From: a virus
Taxonomy: Duplodnaviria; Heunggongvirae; Uroviricota; Caudoviricetes
Virus record (IMG/VR): IMGVR_UViG_3300031133_000383
Location: 58,635 to 122,634 of that record
Strand: one strand, 5' to 3'
Length of the DNA stretch: 64,000 nucleotides
The translations under genes were made by a program, and so were the position numbers. The notes under the pieces were generated by a model, which saw nothing but the letters and a program-made list of their open reading frames with translations, was not told where the DNA came from and searched no databases. Shown here piece after piece: positions 20,963 to 30,655 of the stretch; position 1 is the stretch's first letter; each line of letters opens with the position of its first letter.

Positions 20963-21649
20963 ATGGATAAATTAGCTGCATCACACCTTTTCAAAGAATA
21001 CCTGATGTCTTTTGAAAAAGAAACCGACACAGATCTCAATTTCTATCTTTATGCTTATATTAATGAGAAAGATCATTGTATACATTTTGATCCAGAAGCA
21101 AGAAAATTCATGAATTCATCACTGTTTTCATCAGTTGATTATGATAATTTCAATTCTTTCAATTTTATTTCACAAGGCAGTAATTATTTGCTGTCAGCTT
21201 TTGAAAATCCAGACAAAAATTTCCAAGGTTTCATGTGGATGACCTTTTTTCAAAAATTGTGTAATAATGTAAAGGTATCTTTTCAAGAATTGTTTCCAAT
21301 TTTATCTACAAGTCGAATGGACCTATACAATGTTAAGTTTAATGAAAATGTTGATTTGATCACACATGAATTTAGTATCTCTGTTTATTGTTATGAATAT
21401 TCAGCTATCTATGTTCATTTTATATTGGATAGTCAATTAAACCTTATTGACGTATCTATTGGGGATCGGTATGTATGCTCGGTTCTTGATAAAGCTAAGA
21501 ACATTCAGGAAAGAGTTAACTATTTGAAAGTGTTTATGGCCTATTTTTTAGACGAATCATTTAGAAAACATCTATTATGTGATTATAAGGAAATTGATCA
21601 ACATAATATTGAAAGCTATCTTACTGTCTATCATCTTCACAAGGTATAA
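20963..21649 (+). CDS. hypothetical protein, shared C-terminal motif family (...TVYHLHKV); probable paralog of upstream gene
   Basis: F.LDSQLNLIDVS vs VFNDSLELLDVS similarity; GAGG RBS. Confidence 0.8.
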   Translation: MDKLAASHLFKEYLMSFEKETDTDLNFYLYAYINEKDHCIHFDPEARKFMNSSLFSSVDYDNFNSFNFISQGSNYLLSAFENPDKNFQGFMWMTFFQKLCNNVKVSFQELFPILSTSRMDLYNVKFNENVDLITHEFSISVYCYEYSAIYVHFILDSQLNLIDVSIGDRYVCSVLDKAKNIQERVNYLKVFMAYFLDESFRKHLLCDYKEIDQHNIESYLTVYHLHKV

Positions 21650-21675
21650 AAATTAGATATTAATTAAATTGATCA

Positions 21676-21704
21676 TTGACATAGTGAAAGTCTAGTTATA
21701 TAAT
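21676..21704 (+). promoter_or_regulatory. perfect-consensus sigma70 promoter for tRNA-fMet
   Basis: TTGACA-17 nt-TATAAT. Confidence 0.9.
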
Positions 21705-21744
21705 GGTAAATAAATGAGAAATAATCATTCTCAGCATACTTAGT

Positions 21745-21819
21745 CGCAGGGTGGAGAAGTGGTATCTCGTTAGGCTCATAACCTGAAGATCGTGGGTTCG
21801 ATTCCCACCCCTGCAACCA
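21745..21819 (+). tRNA. initiator tRNA-fMet (CAT)
   Basis: Cloverleaf, C1xA72 mismatch, A11-U24, loop CTCATAA, GTTCGATTC, encoded CCA. Confidence 0.93.
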
Positions 21820-21934
21820 GATTCTACTAGCCGTTTAGGCAAGATTTAGACTACTTGCTTAGTTTTTGCAAATGGGAGATTCGCTACATGAAATGTAAAA
21901 TTTAAAAAAGAGTTAGCCGAAAGGCACTTCTAAG

Positions 21935-21960
21935 AAACTTTCGAAAGAAGGTTTTTTTTT
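21935..21960 (+). terminator. terminator of tRNA-fMet transcript
   Basis: aaactttcgaaagaagg hairpin followed by T9. Confidence 0.65.
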
Positions 21961-22027
21961 CGTCTTTATTTTTTTGTTGCTTTATTATTGTTTAGTGATA
22001 TAATCTCTTCTTTTTAGGAGATTTAAT

Positions 22028-22933
22028 ATGAGAACACATTTGATTGATAATGATATTATCTTATTCTTGAATAATAGTCCTGAGCACTTTTCTAATTTAA
22101 TCAAAAAAAGAAATAAAACATGGAGAACTGCTTTAAGTGATCGAGGGCCTTTTGAGCAAGGGTTTAATTTTCTCGATATGATTTTATTCCAAGTGTCACA
22201 TTCAACAACACAAGAATATTCATGGTCAGAGATATTTGAAAAATTAGAATCATTGGACTTTAAGTTTGAACCATTTCATTATTTCCCAAATATAGATTTA
22301 TTGACAAACTACAATCCCACCATAGCGTTAAACTATAAAGAATTAGTAACTCAATTAAAGAAAAGAGACGTTTCCTTTAACCAAGACTCTTTTGAACAAT
22401 TTATAAAAAAACAAACGGCACCGATGGAAGATTCTGTGGCTGATCTTTTAAGAACTATGTCTCCTATTATAGATGACATATTATTATCATTAAAAGTAGA
22501 TAATGCTATTAAAAGTTTAATTGATGACGCTTATGAAATTCATTTAATCAATAATCCTTCAAAAGGAACAAAGATAGAAGCTACAATGATGGCTTCAATA
22601 ATAAATACTAGTGTGAATTTTGGTGGTGAATCAATGGATGACAATATTAAAAAATATCAATTAGAACAATCGAAAAAAGTTAAATTTATTTTAAACTATT
22701 TAGATAATCAAAATATTAGTGTTGAAAGATCTATAGAGATGTTATATCTTTTTAAACCGTGTGGAGCTATCATGATTGATTTTAATAGATACTCTCTTAA
22801 TCATAGTGTTCATAACTATTTTGAAGCAGTTAGAAATGGTCAACTTTTACCTAGAAAGTATTTTACAAGGCTTCAACTTGAATTAATAGATATTATTGAA
22901 AGTAGGTTTGATGTCAAGGTCTTTGATAATTAA
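22028..22933 (+). CDS. hypothetical protein
   Basis: AGGAG RBS; TGaTATAAT promoter; 301 aa. Confidence 0.85.
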   Translation: MRTHLIDNDIILFLNNSPEHFSNLIKKRNKTWRTALSDRGPFEQGFNFLDMILFQVSHSTTQEYSWSEIFEKLESLDFKFEPFHYFPNIDLLTNYNPTIALNYKELVTQLKKRDVSFNQDSFEQFIKKQTAPMEDSVADLLRTMSPIIDDILLSLKVDNAIKSLIDDAYEIHLINNPSKGTKIEATMMASIINTSVNFGGESMDDNIKKYQLEQSKKVKFILNYLDNQNISVERSIEMLYLFKPCGAIMIDFNRYSLNHSVHNYFEAVRNGQLLPRKYFTRLQLELIDIIESRFDVKVFDN

Positions 22934-23025
22934 GGAAATTATTTAATATTTGGTGAAACCTACTCTTTACTTTTTAGTTATATTGGATATTATATGGATA
23001 CTATTTAACAATATAGGAGATTAAA

Positions 23026-23607
23026 ATGGAATATGTATTAATTATTATTGCTGTCTTAGCTGTCATCTGGTTTATTATGGGTTACAACAAATTTATCAGA
23101 CTTATTGAGGCTGTTAAAAATTCTCAGAAAGAAATTGGTGTACAACTGGACCGTAGAGGAAAGGTTTTTGATAGCTTGATTGCGGCTGTTACTAAATTCA
23201 TGAGTCATGAAGACAGTGTGCTTACAAAAGTTACTCAGTTAAGAGAACAAACAATTGATCCTACGCTTTCACCAGAGCAAGTAAAAGGTGCTCAAGATGA
23301 ATTATCTAAAATGGTCAATGATGGCAGCCTGAATCGTTCTATACAATTGAAAGTAGAAGCTTATCCAGAACTCACCTCTGGTAATAATATGCTTCAACTT
23401 CAAGAAGAAATTGTATCAACAGAAAACAAATTGACGTTTGCAAAAAAAGGCTACAATAATAATGTTGAAGCATATTATGTTGCAAAGAAAAGTTTTCCTA
23501 ATCTTGTTTTGCCATCAATTTTTTCAGGTCTTAACCAAGAATTTGAATATTGGACTATCTCCGATGAACAGATTAAAGTTGAGGAAGCCAGAAGAGTTAA
23601 TTTCTAA
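23026..23607 (+). CDS. lemA: LemA family protein
   Basis: N-terminal TM, YN...., I.VQL.RR, EAYPEL, LQEEI..TENKL...K..YN. Confidence 0.92.
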   Translation: MEYVLIIIAVLAVIWFIMGYNKFIRLIEAVKNSQKEIGVQLDRRGKVFDSLIAAVTKFMSHEDSVLTKVTQLREQTIDPTLSPEQVKGAQDELSKMVNDGSLNRSIQLKVEAYPELTSGNNMLQLQEEIVSTENKLTFAKKGYNNNVEAYYVAKKSFPNLVLPSIFSGLNQEFEYWTISDEQIKVEEARRVNF

Positions 23608-23621
23608 TAGAGGACAGCCTT

Positions 23622-24584
23622 ATGGATTTTAGAGAAACAATTCGTAAAAATAATATAAGAACCAAGTTGGTTATTGGTACTTATATTGCTATTATGCTAT
23701 TAGTAGGCTTATTGGCTGACGTTGCAATACGACCTATTTACGCAGGTAGTTTATCAGCCAGCTTGATAGGGTATATTCAATTTGTAAAATTTCCTTATAT
23801 CACCATTATTATTTTAGCCATGACTGTTATTGGCATTTATGTCATATCAAAATTTGGACATAAAATGATGTTGTCTGGCACTGAATACAAATTACTCAGT
23901 CCTGATTCTACACAACAACTCAGTCTGCAAGAAAAACAAGTGTTTAATATGATTGAAGAAATGTCTATTAGTGCAGGATTGAACTATGTACCCAAAGCTT
24001 ATATCATGGAAACTAATGATCTGAATGCTTTTGCTGCAGGCTGGAATAGTGATAATGCTCTTATAGCGGTTACTCGTGGATTAATGAATTCTTTAAATCG
24101 CAGTGAAGTGCAGGCTGTTATTGCTCATGAAGTTGGTCATATTATTCATGGTGACTCAAAACTAACATTATATGTGGGTATATTGGCAAATGTTATTTTA
24201 ACGTTTACTAATATATTTGCTAATATTGCCATTTTTTTTACAGGTGGTCGTAATAGTGAAGCATCTAACAAAGCAAGATTGTTATTGGTTGTTTTGAATT
24301 TGATTTTACCCTTCATCACACAGGTCCTTTATTTCTACCTGTCAAGAACCCGTGAGTACATGGCCGATGCAGCGGCTGTAAAATTAACAGGTGACAATCA
24401 GGCAATGATTTCTGCTTTGCGTAAAATATCAGGTCATCATGAGATTTATGATGACGAAGAGAATAGTGTTAAAAAAATAGGAGAACATTATAGAAGTGCT
24501 GCTTATATTTTCAATAAAGGTGATTCATTTTTTTCTACACATCCTTCTATTGAGAATCGAATAAAACAATTAGGTGGAGAATAA
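23622..24584 (+). CDS. htpX: HtpX-type M48 zinc metalloprotease
   Basis: NAFAAG, AVTRGL, AVIAHEVGH, SRTREYMADA, STHP..E.RI; follows lemA. Confidence 0.92.
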   Translation: MDFRETIRKNNIRTKLVIGTYIAIMLLVGLLADVAIRPIYAGSLSASLIGYIQFVKFPYITIIILAMTVIGIYVISKFGHKMMLSGTEYKLLSPDSTQQLSLQEKQVFNMIEEMSISAGLNYVPKAYIMETNDLNAFAAGWNSDNALIAVTRGLMNSLNRSEVQAVIAHEVGHIIHGDSKLTLYVGILANVILTFTNIFANIAIFFTGGRNSEASNKARLLLVVLNLILPFITQVLYFYLSRTREYMADAAAVKLTGDNQAMISALRKISGHHEIYDDEENSVKKIGEHYRSAAYIFNKGDSFFSTHPSIENRIKQLGGE

Positions 24585-24612
24585 AAAAAGACTCTTAGGA
24601 GTCTTTTTTTTT
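24583..24612. terminator. bidirectional terminator (same core as 51015-51039)
   Basis: aaaaaaagactc-tta-ggagtcttttttt. Confidence 0.8.
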
Positions 24613-24623
24613 GATACAACTAT

Positions 24624-26015
24624 TTATTGATAATTAACGATTACATCAGTGTATTTTCCTGTTGATACATTGTCTTTTAGTAAAGGTGTCACATAACTTG
24701 AGATGGAGGCTGGTGGATTTGTGTATGTGTAGAAAACTGGATGTTTTACATCTTTACCTATATCAACCATATTGATAGTATATTTTACATTTTCATTTTT
24801 CCCTACTTTTAATGGTGTAGTAAAGGAGAAAAGATGCATTAAATTATCTTTCATGGTTAATGTATTGTAAGTTGGAGATGTCACACAGTTAGAGCCTGCA
24901 CAGGCAGTCATGGTCATATCATAATTTAGTGTATTTTTATAGTTGGCAACAGCAAAACCTATTGCACTGACACTACCCTCACCCGGATTAATAACTGTAG
25001 ATGAAAAAGTAAATGGACCATTGCTTGTGTATTGATCCGTTGAACCTGTATTTATCACTTTTGACAATTGAAAATCTTTAGGAACAACTTCTATTTGAAC
25101 TGTTTTTTCAGCTTTTCTTGTGACTCCGTTAAGTGTTTTACTACCTGTCAATGTTACTGTTTTCACTCCAATTTCTGGTGGGGTATAATTATAAGGACTA
25201 CTTGAAATAGGGTTTGATCCGTTATTGATAAAATATGTTATTCCTTCCGATCCTTCAAACGTTAATTGTGTTGAAGTTCCAATTCTAAAACGTACTGGAT
25301 TTGCGATTAGATTTTCAATTACTGGATCTTTTTCTACAACTATGGCCAAGGTTTTTTCAGCTTCTTCTTTATCAAGGTTTGTTGCTTTCAAACTATAATT
25401 GTAAGTGCCTTCTTTAGTTGGAACAACTGTTTGAGATGTTGTGTTTGTTGGGTTATAACTAGTAGAAACTCCTGAATTGGCTATATCACTTTTTATTTCT
25501 ATCTTTTCAAAATTAGTTACATCCCAACTCAATATCAATGGATTATTCATAAAAACTGTTGTAGCTTGTGCATCAAAAGAAGCAATAATGGGTGCCGGAT
25601 AGTTATAAGGTGTAACAGTTATATTTAGCGTTTTTTCAATACTTATATTATCGGAACTGATCACCTTTAGGGTGTATTGATAGTTGCCATCAATAGAGGG
25701 AGTTATAGTTAATGTATCTCCTGCAACTTCCCTATATTCATCACTAAGACCAGATCTATCATTACTACCCTTTATATAAACATGTAAGGCATTTGTTACT
25801 GCCCATGATAATAAAAACGAGTCATTGAGTTCCAATGTGTTTTCACTGCTGTCAAAGGAATCAATTTTGGGTGTCGTTTTTTCAATAGGCACAGTTTCAC
25901 TATCATTTTGTACAAGATTTATATCATGAAGTCTATAACGTATTTGATAGTCAGCATGACTTATCAAACAAGAACCAGCCAAAAAACCAGCCAATAATAT
26001 TTTATTTTTATTCAT
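24624..26015 (-). CDS. exported protein with about 3 Ig-like beta-sandwich repeats
   Basis: Signal peptide ending SHA-DY; repeats P.I.SF...L.W.VTN...G.Y.Y.L...EKT..I.V. Confidence 0.8.
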   Translation of the reverse strand: MNKNKILLAGFLAGSCLISHADYQIRYRLHDINLVQNDSETVPIEKTTPKIDSFDSSENTLELNDSFLLSWAVTNALHVYIKGSNDRSGLSDEYREVAGDTLTITPSIDGNYQYTLKVISSDNISIEKTLNITVTPYNYPAPIIASFDAQATTVFMNNPLILSWDVTNFEKIEIKSDIANSGVSTSYNPTNTTSQTVVPTKEGTYNYSLKATNLDKEEAEKTLAIVVEKDPVIENLIANPVRFRIGTSTQLTFEGSEGITYFINNGSNPISSSPYNYTPPEIGVKTVTLTGSKTLNGVTRKAEKTVQIEVVPKDFQLSKVINTGSTDQYTSNGPFTFSSTVINPGEGSVSAIGFAVANYKNTLNYDMTMTACAGSNCVTSPTYNTLTMKDNLMHLFSFTTPLKVGKNENVKYTINMVDIGKDVKHPVFYTYTNPPASISSYVTPLLKDNVSTGKYTDVIVNYQ

Positions 26016-26130
26016 TGTCCTTATTAAAGTTATTTTAACTATTATAATGTTTACATCAATTTATTCAAGCTGTATCTTTTAAAAAATATTGTTATAATGT
26101 TATAATATCAATAATAACTTTTATAATTTA

Positions 26131-26688
26131 ATGACACCTATTGCACTTTCTTATCAAGATCTACTTTTACTTGCTGACTTATCAAGTGTTTATATCAAAA
26201 CCAAGCCACTCTTAATATCTAAAGAACACTTTAACAATTTAGCTTATACCAAACATGATAACATACGTATTTTTGATGAAAAAAATCAAAAATTTCATGA
26301 AATAATTATTTGTTCTGATAATTCTATATATTATCTTATTCAGTTGACAGAACCTTTAATTTTTATTGAAGGATCAATAACTCATCAATTCCATCCTTAT
26401 GACATAATTTTACTTTCGGCAGGAAACAATACCAACTTCAAGCACTGGCATTTTGAAAAAGTATCTGACATTCTTGAACTTGATACTGATTTTATACAAA
26501 TGACTGAACTTAGCTATGAAAATGAACAGAAAGAAATAGATAATATAAAATATTTAAAGACTAAAAGGTTGAAAGAAATTATGGAAAATTCTTATGCTAT
26601 TGATCATGAGATCGCTAAAAAAGACACCTTTAAGAAAAAATTATCAATACTATTTAAAGTATTTTTCTTTAAAAAAATTGGCAAATAA
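26131..26688 (+). CDS. hypothetical protein
   Basis: 185 aa ORF. Confidence 0.7.
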   Translation: MTPIALSYQDLLLLADLSSVYIKTKPLLISKEHFNNLAYTKHDNIRIFDEKNQKFHEIIICSDNSIYYLIQLTEPLIFIEGSITHQFHPYDIILLSAGNNTNFKHWHFEKVSDILELDTDFIQMTELSYENEQKEIDNIKYLKTKRLKEIMENSYAIDHEIAKKDTFKKKLSILFKVFFFKKIGK

Positions 26689-26791
26689 TATCAACAATGT
26701 CAACTATATATAATTTAATTTAACTTAAGCATTTTTTTGTTGACTTTAGCTATAATTCTGGCAATATAATATCACTTTTTGAGGTGATAAA

Positions 26792-28450
26792 ATGACATGG
26801 TATAACAATTTAAGCATTAAACTAAAAATCAGACTGGCCGTTATGCTGGTCTGTGTTATGATTATTAGTATATTTGGGTATTTTTCGTATACAAAAATTA
26901 TGTCACAAGAAATTGCTGTGGTTGATGCCAAACTGCAAGCAGGAGAAAATTACTATCCTACATTGGTCACTGATGCTTTTACCGATGATGTCATTAATAA
27001 TGTATCTAAACCAGATGATTTGGCAAGATCTAGAGAAATAGCAACCAAGTTGACAGAATTTAGCAATGTAATTGAATTAGCCTATGTTTATTCAATGTTT
27101 GTAGACAAAGACGGTAAAGTACTTTATATTGTTTCCAGCTTGAATCCAAAAGAGTTGTCAGACGGGACAACAACTTATCGTCGAGAGCCTAACAAAGAGG
27201 CAAATACTTATGGAATCATCAAAAAAGTATTAGAAACTAATCAGCCTGATCATTTAGAATATACTTCTTCTTATGGTAAATTCAGAACGCTATATTTTCC
27301 TGAAACTACTGCTAGTGGTAATAGGTATGTAGTAGCAGTGGATGTTGAACTTGACGAAGTTTCTGCTGTAAAACAAAAGGTACTGATTGAAATTTCAATT
27401 ATTGTTGGCATTTCTTTGTTGGTGGCATTTATCATTTCTCTTATTGTTGGTAATATTATTTCAAAACCTATGCTGCAATTGGTTAAAACATTTGAACAAT
27501 TAGGTTCAGGCCATGCTGACTTGACTTATAAAATGGATGAAAAATATAAAGACGAATCTGGACAAATGGCTCGGCACTTTAATGTTTTCGTCAATAATTT
27601 AAGGACGATGGTCGAATCTATCAAGAAACAATCTTCTGACATGCAAAAAGGCTTGGTTGACATTAATCATTTAATGAGCCAATTGATGGCGGATTCTCAA
27701 CGTCAGGCAGATAGAGCTTCTTCATCTGCTGCCACTATCGAAGAAATTACTGCAACAATGAATAATATTTCTGATAGCACTGACACCACTTCAAAATCAG
27801 TAGAAAATGTAAACCATTTAACAAAAACCAGTACTGATTCAGTCAAGATGCTGAGTCGCGAAGTCAGTCAAATTACAACATCAGCAAAGGACTTATCTAA
27901 TGTTATTAATCTTCTCGAAACAAAATCAGCTAACATTTCTAAAATTGTTAATGTTATTAAAAGTATTGCTGATCAAACAAACTTGCTGGCATTGAATGCT
28001 GCAATTGAAGCCGCAAGAGCAGGTGAGCATGGACGTGGTTTTGCAGTAGTGGCAGAAGAAGTACGCAATCTTGCAAACAAGACATCTGACGAAACCCTCA
28101 ATATTTCAAAAACCATTACCGATATAAGTGTAGAAATCGGAAAAGCTACTGCAAAAATGAATGAAACAAATGAAAATGTATTAAATGGTACAAAACTGGC
28201 AAGTAATGTATTAAATGAAATAAATGATATTCAGCAAAATATGGATGAAGTATTCAATAATGTTCAGGTAATTACATTGGCTACAAAAGAACAATCCGTT
28301 GCGGCTCAGGATATGGCACGATCAGCCGAGGAAATCAGTCATAGTTCAATTTTGAGTCGGGATATTGTTGAGAAGACTGAAAATACAGTTGCTCATTTGG
28401 AACAGCTATCACATAAATTGAATGAAATGGTTGCTCAATTCAAGACTTAA
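26792..28450 (+). CDS. methyl-accepting chemotaxis protein
   Basis: 2 TM, periplasmic sensor, [41 protein letters not shown]. Confidence 0.96.
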   Translation: MTWYNNLSIKLKIRLAVMLVCVMIISIFGYFSYTKIMSQEIAVVDAKLQAGENYYPTLVTDAFTDDVINNVSKPDDLARSREIATKLTEFSNVIELAYVYSMFVDKDGKVLYIVSSLNPKELSDGTTTYRREPNKEANTYGIIKKVLETNQPDHLEYTSSYGKFRTLYFPETTASGNRYVVAVDVELDEVSAVKQKVLIEISIIVGISLLVAFIISLIVGNIISKPMLQLVKTFEQLGSGHADLTYKMDEKYKDESGQMARHFNVFVNNLRTMVESIKKQSSDMQKGLVDINHLMSQLMADSQRQADRASSSAATIEEITATMNNISDSTDTTSKSVENVNHLTKTSTDSVKMLSREVSQITTSAKDLSNVINLLETKSANISKIVNVIKSIADQTNLLALNAAIEAARAGEHGRGFAVVAEEVRNLANKTSDETLNISKTITDISVEIGKATAKMNETNENVLNGTKLASNVLNEINDIQQNMDEVFNNVQVITLATKEQSVAAQDMARSAEEISHSSILSRDIVEKTENTVAHLEQLSHKLNEMVAQFKT

Positions 28451-28523
28451 AGCGTTATTGATACATGAATCTGTAATTTTAAAGGATAGATGCATTATCC
28501 TTTTTATTTTATTTTATTTTATT

Positions 28524-28937
28524 TTATTTTGATTTTATTTCTTTTATCATGTTTTGAATATCGTCAACTCTGTCTTGATTGAAATCAAATAAACAGTTTT
28601 TTTGTCGGATGTAGAGTTCTTCGTTAGTATCGTGACCTCCAACAGCTTTAAATAATTCACAAGATGCTTTGACATAAAGACCATAAGCCAATTTCTCTTG
28701 TTGATAGTGATTCTTTACATTGTTTTTGACCGTTGTACTCTCATTCCATAAAGATAATATAGAATACAGTTCAGATTCGGCTGTTTTGATATTTATTTCG
28801 CTTCTTTCAATGTTTATATCAAGGCAAGTCGTATAAATCATCAAGCTATTATTATCACAATCCTGATAATCTGCAGCCATTGACTGATTTATTGAAAAAA
28901 ATGTTAACGTTGCTGCAATAATTATTTTAATATCCAT
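28524..28937 (-). CDS. exported LprI-like four-Cys helical protein
   Basis: Signal peptide; C-x10-C and C...C spacing, helical. Confidence 0.55.
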   Translation of the reverse strand: MDIKIIIAATLTFFSINQSMAADYQDCDNNSLMIYTTCLDINIERSEINIKTAESELYSILSLWNESTTVKNNVKNHYQQEKLAYGLYVKASCELFKAVGGHDTNEELYIRQKNCLFDFNQDRVDDIQNMIKEIKSK

Positions 28938-29019
28938 TTTATCCCTATATATTTATATTGTTTTTAGCTTTATCTTATGCTACTCTACTACATTATTTTA
29001 AAATTAAAAGAGGTCATTT

Positions 29020-29910
29020 ATGAGTGATAACATACCACATTTTGAATACGATAGACCTTACGTTCATGTTTCGTATGCATGCCAAGAGTATTTAAGAGAA
29101 TTTTTCAATCATTATGGAAGCTCTTATAAAGTATCTGAAAATGAATATTATATTTATTATAAGATGCCTTTATCCAGTAATAATAATTACATACAATATT
29201 ATGAACACTTAAAGCCTTTTGAAAATTTTGGAAAATTTAAAAAAGATCCTTTAGCTGATGAGTTGATGACTCTGTATTCGTTTGTTAGAGATTATGAAAT
29301 TAGTGCTGTCAATTTGCGTTACGGGCATTACACAGAAGACTATTTTCAAGCGTTTAAATCATTGGGATTCATTCATGAATCACACATCATGCAACAGCTA
29401 ACAAAGCAATGTATTTTAAATTACGAAGGTAATTCTACCTGTGCTAATTGTTGTGACTCTTATTTGAAATTTGCATTGGAAAATGCCAAAAAAAATCAAC
29501 AATCGAAACAGTTGTTAGATGGTCAGTATATTGCAAAACAAGCATTGAAATATTATGGTGATTGCGATATTTATGCTTATTATGTAGCCGACAATATTTT
29601 AAATATCTGTGATTATGCTAGTGCTACTTTGTATAGTTGTGTTTTAGATGGCAAAGGCGGCTACAAGTTATATGGGCAACACAATACTTATGGTTTTGAA
29701 AAAGAATTATTTGTTGATCCTCATTTTGATAGTGACGAAGAAGAAAGTCATGATCGTTTATTTTTGAAACATGCGTTAGTTGATAATTGCTTGATTATGG
29801 AAAAAACAGTATCAGATGAGGTATATGTATATAGTTCAATGGCTCTTGTACTAAAAACAATTCTGGAATGTATCTATATGACTGAACAAGAAAATGTTTT
29901 GAAGTCATAA
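29020..29910 (+). CDS. hypothetical protein
   Basis: GAGG RBS; 296 aa. Confidence 0.85.
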   Translation: MSDNIPHFEYDRPYVHVSYACQEYLREFFNHYGSSYKVSENEYYIYYKMPLSSNNNYIQYYEHLKPFENFGKFKKDPLADELMTLYSFVRDYEISAVNLRYGHYTEDYFQAFKSLGFIHESHIMQQLTKQCILNYEGNSTCANCCDSYLKFALENAKKNQQSKQLLDGQYIAKQALKYYGDCDIYAYYVADNILNICDYASATLYSCVLDGKGGYKLYGQHNTYGFEKELFVDPHFDSDEEESHDRLFLKHALVDNCLIMEKTVSDEVYVYSSMALVLKTILECIYMTEQENVLKS

Positions 29911-29965
29911 AACAGATAGGTTTAATACTAAGTTCAAGAGATGATATAAAAAACAAAAATATAGC

Positions 29966-29994
29966 TTGACTTAGTGAAAATAAAAACATAAAAT
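29966..29994 (+). promoter_or_regulatory. sigma70 promoter of the tRNA-Thr/ncRNA/tRNA-Gly operon
   Basis: TTGACT-17 nt-TAAAAT. Confidence 0.8.
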
Positions 29995-30018
29995 AAAGAC
30001 TATTAAGCAACACATTAA

Positions 30019-30093
30019 GCCGAAATAGCACAGTGGCAGTGCAACCGCCTTGTAAGCGGTAGGTCGTCAGTTCAAATCTGACTTTCGGCACCA
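30019..30093 (+). tRNA. tRNA-Thr (TGT)
   Basis: GCCGAAA/TTTCGGC acceptor, ACCGC-CTTGTAA-GCGGT, GTTCAAATC, CCA. Confidence 0.95.
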
Positions 30094-30154
30094 GTTTTAT
30101 GTTCTTGGAAAACACATGGTGCAATTAGAGCAGAAGTGTCTTTTTCAAGTCAAT

Positions 30155-30276
30155 GTCTGTATCAGGCGAATAAGCAGTGATCAAGGTTTCTGACAATACT
30201 AGTTAAGTCAGATAAGGTAACCGGAACTGATGACCGAAATCATTAATTATCTGTGGTTCAAGTCCACTTGCAGGCA
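30155..30276 (+). ncRNA. tRNA-mimic RNA with expanded central domain
   Basis: Acceptor-like GTCTGTA/TGCAGGC, T-arm GTGG-TTCAAGT-CCAC, about 90 nt nested interior, no canonical anticodon arm or CCA. Confidence 0.55.
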
Positions 30277-30295
30277 GACCGAATTTTATAGTCAA

Positions 30296-30369
30296 GCGGA
30301 ATTGGTCTAGTGGTTGGGCCGTAGCCTTCCAAGCTACAGAGACGAGTTCGATCCTCGTATTCCGCTCCA
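30296..30369 (+). tRNA. tRNA-Gly (TCC)
   Basis: GCGGAAT/ATTCCGC acceptor, U73, GTAGC-CTTCCAA-GCTAC, GTTCGATC, CCA. Confidence 0.95.
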
Positions 30370-30402
30370 ATTTTGAAAGCTGTTGAAAAGCAGTTTCAAA
30401 TT

Positions 30403-30598
30403 AGGTGATACGCTACCTTGAGTGCGAACTTGAAAATATGTCATTCAAATGATATAAAAGGTGTTCAGACCTCAGAGTCGGTAATTATGTCCGCTGGCTC
30501 TTTAAATCAATTCTGAGATTCAAATTAGGACCCGCGATAGCACTGAAACTGGTCAGTTTATAATGAACATATAAGTTAATGTTAGGCAGCGGCTAACA
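30403..30598 (+). ncRNA. candidate multi-stem structured RNA
   Basis: No ORF in the track, elevated GC, nested complementary stems, upstream of the operon terminator. Confidence 0.4.
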
Positions 30599-30601
30599 AA
30601 C

Positions 30602-30625
30602 AACCGATACTATTATCGGTTTTTT
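30602..30625 (+). terminator. terminator of the tRNA operon
   Basis: aaccgata-ctat-tatcggtt followed by a T-run. Confidence 0.8.
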
Positions 30626-30655
30626 ATTTTTGGTAGTCTTTAATTGGAGATTGAT

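Noticed and set aside
21714-21733. Fur-box-like inverted repeat TGAGAA-N7-TTCTCA after the tRNA-fMet promoter
   Set aside because: Only about 12/19 match to the Fur consensus in AT-rich DNA; equally explained as a leader hairpin.
21745-21819. CAT tRNA as the TilS substrate tRNA-Ile2
   Set aside because: C1xA72 mismatch and A11-U24 identify it as an initiator tRNA.
21820-21900. Theta/HDV-like ribozyme directly after the tRNA 3' end
   Set aside because: Could not build P1/P2/P3/P1.1 with a convincing J4/2 from the sequence.
29020-29910. Membership in the C-terminal Met-motif family (..LECIYMTEQENVLKS)
   Set aside because: The motif-like segment is not anchored at the stop codon.
29795-30124. 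109-aa minus-strand ORF (..VPKVRFELTTYRLQGGC..)
   Set aside because: Antisense translation of tRNA-Thr, a classic artefact.
30155-30276. tmRNA, tRNA-Sec or amber-suppressor tRNA
   Set aside because: Too short and no G3-U70/ACCA or tag ORF for tmRNA; no UCA or CUA in a proper 7-nt anticodon loop.
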